Origin: a virus
Taxonomy: Duplodnaviria > Caudoviricetes
DNA: 28,357 nt
IMG/VR virus record: IMGVR_UViG_3300010366_000050
Location: 1-28,357 of that record
Reading direction: 5' to 3' (one strand)
Below, in pieces: positions 23,517-28,357 of this stretch. The position numbers and the translations under genes are program-made. The stretch's first letter is position 1; every line of letters begins with the position of its first letter. Under the pieces are notes generated by a model. That model was not told where the DNA came from, made no database searches, and saw nothing but the letters and a program-made list of their open reading frames with translations.

Positions 23517-24565
23517 CCGAGGTACTGCCCCGCGAGCTGGCGTGGCGGGCCAAAGTACCGCCGCCGTCTGAGCGTGCGCTGCGGCAACGGCGCGGTGAAG
23601 TGTTTCCGACATTCATCGGTGAACCATGCCGCGGCAGTCGCCTGGTCGCGGATCAAGCGCTGGTTCGCGCCCTGCTCGAGCTGGTGCGCGAAACGGCGCC
23701 AGGCGATCACCAGTGCCGCGGAGGCCGCCCAGAAACGATCGACCGGCGCCTCGTCTGTCTCGAGCGTCAGCCCGGCCTGAGCGCCGAACGTGCCACCGCT
23801 GGGACGGCAGTGATCGTACGCGCGCTTCAAGCAACGCAGGTACAGCATGTCGCCGTCGACGAAGGTGGTGGTCCCGGTGTTCAGATAGAACGAACCGCCG
23901 TCGCGTTCGATCATGCCGTGCACCACGTGCTCGAACGGGTCGACGAGGTTGCGGTCGTCGGGCGGGTGGAGCACGCCGATCTGCAGGATGTCGTTGGGGT
24001 CCTGCAGCCACGGGCATACCGCCGCCAGGTCGTGGCGGTTGTACAGCGGCGACGGAATCGCCGCCACCTCGACCACCAGCCAGCAGTTCTTCAGCCCGTC
24101 GTTGATCAGGCGATGGGTCGTCGGCACGTCGAACGGGCCGAGGATCTCGAAATGCTCGCCGATCTCGCCGCCGTTGGGACAACTCACGCCGGTCCCGTCC
24201 AGACATTCGTAGGTGTAGGCCTCGAAGTCCACGTACGGCAGCGTCTCGAGCGACTGGTACGTGCGGTTGCTGGCGAGCGACGTCGGCGAAATAGACCAGG
24301 GCAGGTCGGGCGTGAGGGTGCCAGTGGGCGGGTCGTACGTCATGACCACGCGATTCTGGTCGGTGGACTGCGTCGCGTACGGGCGATAGATCGGCCGATC
24401 GACGTACTTGTCCATCTGTGAGATGCCAGACTGGATGGGGTACACGTCGCACACAAGCTGATTGGTCGTCGAGCCGCCGGTGGCGCGCACGACATAGCTG
24501 TCGGGTCCGATGTACTCGCCCGCCTCGACGCTGAACGTGGAGCGGTACTGGCCAAGCGTCGGCAT
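23513..24565 (-). CDS. Head-tail adaptor/tubular protein A-like
   Basis: MPTLGQYR start, HRLINDGL motif, position before the propeller protein. Confidence 0.55.
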   Translation of the reverse strand: MPTLGQYRSTFSVEAGEYIGPDSYVVRATGGSTTNQLVCDVYPIQSGISQMDKYVDRPIYRPYATQSTDQNRVVMTYDPPTGTLTPDLPWSISPTSLASNRTYQSLETLPYVDFEAYTYECLDGTGVSCPNGGEIGEHFEILGPFDVPTTHRLINDGLKNCWLVVEVAAIPSPLYNRHDLAAVCPWLQDPNDILQIGVLHPPDDRNLVDPFEHVVHGMIERDGGSFYLNTGTTTFVDGDMLYLRCLKRAYDHCRPSGGTFGAQAGLTLETDEAPVDRFWAASAALVIAWRRFAHQLEQGANQRLIRDQATAAAWFTDECRKHFTAPLPQRTLRRRRYFGPPRQLAGQYLG

Positions 24566-24568
24566 CGC

Positions 24569-24688
24569 TCAGACCATCTGCAGGCTCGGCGCCGGGGGCG
24601 CCACGGCGTGACCGAGCGGCGGCGCGGGTGCCGTCGCCGATACGCGCAGGAGTGGCGCCGGCGCGAGTTGCGTCGCTTTAGTTGCCAT
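24569..24688 (-). CDS. Pro/Ala-rich microprotein (39 aa), not in ORF track
   Basis: MATKATQLAPAPLLRVSATAPAPPLGHAVAPPAPSLQMV fills the gap. Confidence 0.4.
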   Translation of the reverse strand: MATKATQLAPAPLLRVSATAPAPPLGHAVAPPAPSLQMV

Positions 24689-24869
24689 ACTTCAGGTCCT
24701 CGAGCGCGTCCACGTTGAGCAGGCGCACCAGGTCGTCCGGGATAGTCAATTTGACCACCGTGCCGTCGTCGAGTTTGCAGGTGACGATCAACTGCCCGGT
24801 ATGCACCCACAAGCCATTCGTGTGCGTCGCGAGCAGGTTCGTCGTCTGCGTTGCCGGCGCCTGCGTCAT
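24678..24869 (-). CDS. Hypothetical virion-region protein
   Basis: 63 aa, ATGA overlap. Confidence 0.6.
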   Translation of the reverse strand: MTQAPATQTTNLLATHTNGLWVHTGQLIVTCKLDDGTVVKLTIPDDLVRLLNVDALEDLKYGN

Positions 24870-25261
24870 ACGTCGAGCACCCGTTTGCCCTTCTTTTTGA
24901 TGACGATCGACGGACGGTCCGCCGCCCCCGCGGGCACGAGCCGGTCCCGCGCCAACACGGCGTCCTCAATCGCGCGGTACGCCCTGAGGTAGTCCGCTTC
25001 ATCGGCGATACCCAGCTCGTGCATCGCCTGCGCTGGCGACATGCCAAGAAACCGCTCGCCTTCGACAACGTCGGGTGCGCCGCGCTCGAGCGGATCCAGA
25101 CAATAGCCGTCCCTCGAGACGCGTCGGATGGTATCGGCGAGTAGCAGCGCGTACGCGCGCTTGACCTCGTCTTCGGTCTGGCAGTACCGCCGCGCGCCCG
25201 AGATGAGCTCGATGCGGTAGTAGCCAGGTCCGAAGGTGCAGCCGGGGCGGTGGTCCATCAC
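24866..25261 (-). CDS. Hypothetical virion-region protein
   Basis: 131 aa, abuts both neighbours. Confidence 0.65.
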   Translation of the reverse strand: MMDHRPGCTFGPGYYRIELISGARRYCQTEDEVKRAYALLLADTIRRVSRDGYCLDPLERGAPDVVEGERFLGMSPAQAMHELGIADEADYLRAYRAIEDAVLARDRLVPAGAADRPSIVIKKKGKRVLDV

Positions 25262-25681
25262 TCAGGTCGGCGTTACCGTGTTGTCGCCGCTCACCGCGTA
25301 CAGACCGGGCCCCTGGCTCGAGACACGGTAGTGAACCAGCACCGCGCTCGTGAGCCCGGTCACGACCACGCCGTGCGTGGTGACGGCCGGTGCGGCGTAA
25401 AAGGTGTTGCCGTACGCGGTGGTCGTGCCGTACTCGACCAGCGAGTCGCCTGGCAGCGTGGTCGTCCAGGCGATCGACGCCTGACCGGGACCCGGCGTGC
25501 CGGTGATGCCGGTCGGCACCACGACCGCGCCTTGCGGGCGCGCGCCCTTGCCAGCACCGGCGGATCCGAGCCCAGCGTCGGTCGGCCACGTGGCGGGTTT
25601 CGTGTTGCCCAGGTCGGCCGCGTAATCGGTCGGCGTGTGCGTCCACAGTCCGCCCGCGGCGCCCTGGCCTGCGATCGGCAT
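25262..25681 (-). CDS. Putative capsid decoration protein with FN3/Ig-like domain
   Basis: ASIAWTT..DSLVEYGTTTAYG..HGVVVTGL..HYRVSS (purple acid phosphatase N-terminal/FN3 pattern). Confidence 0.7.
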   Translation of the reverse strand: MPIAGQGAAGGLWTHTPTDYAADLGNTKPATWPTDAGLGSAGAGKGARPQGAVVVPTGITGTPGPGQASIAWTTTLPGDSLVEYGTTTAYGNTFYAAPAVTTHGVVVTGLTSAVLVHYRVSSQGPGLYAVSGDNTVTPT

Positions 25682-25684
25682 GGC

Positions 25685-25987
25685 TTAGGGCGCCGGCGGC
25701 GGCGGAGCCGGCATGGCCCCGGAGTTCGCGGTCGCTTCGGTCGTCGCGACGCCCGACGCCGGCGGCTCGCCGGAACCCGGACTCACGATCTGACGGAACG
25801 CGTCCGTATCGTCGATGGTCAGTTCGCCCTGGACGGTGAATCCCTCGCGCAGGTACGTCTCGGCGTTGGCCGCGGAGCCGACGAAGGTGTCGCCGCCCGG
25901 CTTTTTGTAGGTGAAGTACAGGTTGCCCGGCGGCGTGCCGAGCACTTCCTGTTGCGCGGCCCGTGCCGCGTCCAGCCACGCGCTCAT
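25685..25987 (-). CDS. Hypothetical head-region protein
   Basis: 100 aa, GGAGG RBS, ATGA overlap. Confidence 0.7.
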   Translation of the reverse strand: MSAWLDAARAAQQEVLGTPPGNLYFTYKKPGGDTFVGSAANAETYLREGFTVQGELTIDDTDAFRQIVSPGSGEPPASGVATTEATANSGAMPAPPPPAP

Positions 25988-26553
25988 GGGCGCCTCCGTG
26001 CTTCACGCAGCGGGTCGTACCCACGCCCGCGCTGCAGTTTCGAATTGAGCTCTTCCATACTCATGTGCGTCTCGACGCCCACCATGCGCGGGTCGTCCGC
26101 CGCCGGGGGTGCCGGGTCGGGCCTGGCCTGCGGCAGGCGCATCTTCAGCCCGGTCTGCGCCTTCGCTTCTTCGAAGATCTCTTCGAGCTCGGCCGTCGTG
26201 CGCAGGCTGAACGGGTTGTCCTGGTCCTCGTCGAGCACGTACTGCGGCACGCGCTGGGCGACGCGGCGAATCGCCGTGATCAGCGCGGCGCGCTTGCGCT
26301 GCTCGGCGAGCACGGCCGGCCTGACCTCGGTGGTCCATTCGCGCGCCTCCGACGGCCGCAACATCACGAAGCCCAGGTTTTCGTACATGGTGCGATTGTT
26401 CGGGTCGCTCTGCAGCTGGACGATGTCGCCATCCGGGCGGCGATACCACGCCAGGGGAAAGTTGTACGTCAGGCCGACCGCGGGATTGCCCTCGATCGGC
26501 GCCGCGCGTTGCTCGAGGCGCTCGAGCAGCGACTGGCCCGCGTCCTGGGTCAT
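25984..26553 (-). CDS. Hypothetical head-region protein
   Basis: 189 aa directly after the capsid stop. Confidence 0.7.
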   Translation of the reverse strand: MTQDAGQSLLERLEQRAAPIEGNPAVGLTYNFPLAWYRRPDGDIVQLQSDPNNRTMYENLGFVMLRPSEAREWTTEVRPAVLAEQRKRAALITAIRRVAQRVPQYVLDEDQDNPFSLRTTAELEEIFEEAKAQTGLKMRLPQARPDPAPPAADDPRMVGVETHMSMEELNSKLQRGRGYDPLREARRRP

Positions 26554-26554
26554 C

Positions 26555-27143
26555 TCAGCCGATGCCCCTGGCGTATACGCCGAACGTCGGCCGCATCATC
26601 TGGTGGCCGAAGATAACCTCACTGGCCAGCTTCCAGGTGAAGAAGTCGATGTCGTAGAACAGGTGCATCTTGGGGCTGCGCTGCACGATCAGCGCAAGCG
26701 CCTCGCGCTGGAAGGCGAAGTTGTTGGCCTGGCCACCCGCCGGCTTGACCAGGTTGGTGGTGACGAACAGGTTCATGCCGTACATGTCGCCGAGACTGCC
26801 GGTGACGGCCGGCTTCGGGTTGCCGACGTACAGCGCGTTCGACCAGCGGTCGAGGCCGATTTTGTTGGCCTTCTCCGCCGGGCTCAGAATGAGAAAACGA
26901 TCGTCGGCCGGCGCGTCGGCGTCGTCGAGATACTGGTTGGAACGAATGACATCGACGTCGGCAAGCGCGGTGCCGAGCGTGCCGACGGTCTGGGTAAAGC
27001 CGGCCACGTCGGCCGCCAGTTTCGAGTCGATGTCGCGGGCGATGGCATGGCCCATCTTCATCTGGTACTCGTTCTGCACGTCGACGATTGACTGGACCTT
27101 GACGATGTCCTCAATGCCGACGGCTGCGTAATCCCATATGTTG
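26555..27143 (-). CDS. Major capsid protein, exon 2
   Basis: NIWDYAAVGIEDI..MGHAIARDID..DAPADDRFLILSP..GSLGDMYGMNLFVT..VIFG (HK97-fold, P22 coat-like pattern). Confidence 0.85.
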
Positions 27144-27915
27144 CAGCAACCCGGAGCTTTCGCTCCGGACCGGACTATCTCTTCATTCCGGCAGGCTGAC
27201 CTGTCGGAAGCGGGGCGCTGGTGCGGGCGTATCGTTGGGCGTCTCACCCGCTAGTCTCTGAACCTTCTCGACTACTCGGCCATTGGCCGGCCCCGTCGAG
27301 CTTGGCTGCGGATTCCCGTGCATTCGATGGCGACGAAGGAATAAGGCAATCTCGCGTTGCTCGTCCGTGTACCGCAGATGCGGATCGCGTGACTGGGCAA
27401 TCTCGATAAAGCGACTGAGTGCCGCGGCCTGGTCGTGTTTGGTCACGAGATACGGCAGGATTGCGTCCAGTACCCGACGCGCTCCGACAAAAGCCATCAC
27501 AGATATTTGGTACTGCGGTCGTTTGCCGAGACGCGTGGGATCCAAGTCCGTCGCTTTCAGGAAATTGTGTTTCACCCCTATCGACGTCAGGAGACTGGAT
27601 ACGTGATCGCAGGTAGGAACATCCGTATGCGTGAGCGCGATCAAGGGGCGATAGCGTTCTGGCTCTCGCTCGTGATTTCGCAGTCGGCGCGTGTTGGGTC
27701 CGTCCGGCTTCCACTTCCAAACACTCCGATAGAGGGAGATCGTTCCTTCGCCGTCCAGGAAGCCAGCCAGCCACGCCGCATCGAGTGGATTCACTGCTAT
27801 GAATGTGCAGCATGTTGGTTGTCATCCTGTTGATGTTTAGGGTTCCCGACAGTTCACCCCGTGTTTTCACTCTCGCCGTCAGGCGGCGAGGCGTGCCCCC
27901 AACATCTCTCGATCA
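27144..27915 (-). ncRNA. Group I intron (772 nt) in the major capsid gene
   Basis: P GAACUGUCGGGAAC, Q AAUCCGCAGCCAAG, R GUUCAGAGACUA, S AAGAGAUAGUCC, P3 CGGGGUG/CGCCCCG, P9 GAAA hairpin, U before the 5' site and terminal G. Confidence 0.9.
27183..27794 (-). CDS. Intron-encoded LAGLIDADG homing endonuclease (single motif)
   Basis: AAWLAGFLDGEGTI; LDAILPYLVTKHDQA. Confidence 0.9.
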   Translation of the reverse strand: MNPLDAAWLAGFLDGEGTISLYRSVWKWKPDGPNTRRLRNHEREPERYRPLIALTHTDVPTCDHVSSLLTSIGVKHNFLKATDLDPTRLGKRPQYQISVMAFVGARRVLDAILPYLVTKHDQAAALSRFIEIAQSRDPHLRYTDEQREIALFLRRHRMHGNPQPSSTGPANGRVVEKVQRLAGETPNDTPAPAPRFRQVSLPE

Positions 27916-28178
27916 AGGGTAATGGTGGTAGCTGTTTCAGCCACTGTCTCGTAGACGATGGCCGTGTTCTCGGTTTTCGCACGCGCGGCGACGTTGCCGA
28001 CGGAGGCAACCTTGACGGTCCTGCCCACACTTGCGTCATCTTCAAAACCTCGATTGACGCATTTGGCAAACACTAAATTAGACTCTGTTGCTCGCAGTAC
28101 CTGCTTGCTCCAGATGTCCGGCGAGAAAACGCCACCAGCGATAGTTTGATCGACAAATTCGCTTGCCCCAGTGGCCAC
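27916..28178 (-). CDS. Major capsid protein, exon 1 (spliced product 283 aa)
   Basis: FSPDIWSKQVL..GRTVKV..TITL; AAAGGA RBS; joins exon 2 in frame. Confidence 0.85.
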
Positions 28179-28200
28179 TGGTTCTTATTCCTTTCGGCGT

Positions 28201-28234
28201 TCTATTAGTTGTATTTGTTAGCTACAACTATAGA
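28201..28234. promoter_or_regulatory. AT-rich imperfect palindrome upstream of the capsid RBS
   Basis: tcta(t)tagttgta-N9-tacaactataga. Confidence 0.5.
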
Positions 28235-28238
28235 GAGA

Positions 28239-28357
28239 TCACCGCCGCTGTTCGCGGCGCACGTCGATGCCGCGCTCGAGCCGGACGCGCACGCCCGGTC
28301 TCGGTCGGCCCTTGTCGTCGAAGTAGCGGTCGTACTCCTCGAGCGTCATGGCGGCGA
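28239..28357 (-). CDS. 3' end of putative scaffolding protein (partial)
   Basis: ..AAMTLEEYDRYFDDKGRPRPG..; the MxxEEY motif and position before the capsid gene fit scaffold C-termini. Confidence 0.55.
   Translation of the reverse strand, partial: AAMTLEEYDRYFDDKGRPRPGVRVRLERGIDVRREQRR

Noticed and set aside
23517-23612. N-terminal extension of the 681-aa ORF
   Set aside because: Overlaps the adaptor gene; the ATGA-coupled start at 23516 is more plausible
26555-28178. Capsid pseudogene, or intein-containing capsid
   Set aside because: The interruption has full group I RNA core motifs and restores the frame on splicing; the endonuclease ORF is separated from exon 1 by a stop and has no intein termini
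1-28357. tRNA, rRNA or tmRNA genes
   Set aside because: No cloverleaf or T-loop signature noticed by eye; intergenic space is minimal (tRNAscan/ARAGORN not run)

Overview
The whole window is high-GC temperate tailed-phage DNA with no recognisable host genes. It reads like a linearised, unintegrated genome: the structural operon leaves the window at the left end (terS-terL-portal-small basic proteins-virion hydrolase) and resumes at the right end (scaffold-capsid-tail adaptor/nozzle-fibre-lysis), with an intact large serine integrase in the middle. No tail tube, sheath or tape-measure gene is visible in the window, suggesting a short-tailed phage. Leaderless promoters and the apparent absence of spanins suggest a monoderm host such as Chloroflexota or Actinomycetota (inference). 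Main highlights: (1) a 772-nt group I intron carrying a LAGLIDADG endonuclease splits the major capsid gene, with splice sites deducible from the sequence; (2) a control cassette (XRE HTH plus a Fis-like-HTH/PAS-like protein) is bracketed by a 31/32-bp inverted repeat, each copy followed by an identically spaced CAGACT -10 box driving outward-facing leaderless genes (an Arc-like gene heading the lytic operon, and an RDF candidate); (3) an attP-like palindrome lies inside the 3' end of the integrase, upstream of an ssrA-like LVAA tail; (4) a candidate +1 frameshift (CCC UUU CGA UGA) would build the C39-like endolysin; (5) accessory genes have repeat-bounded junctions. All family assignments are from motif recognition by eye, not database searches.
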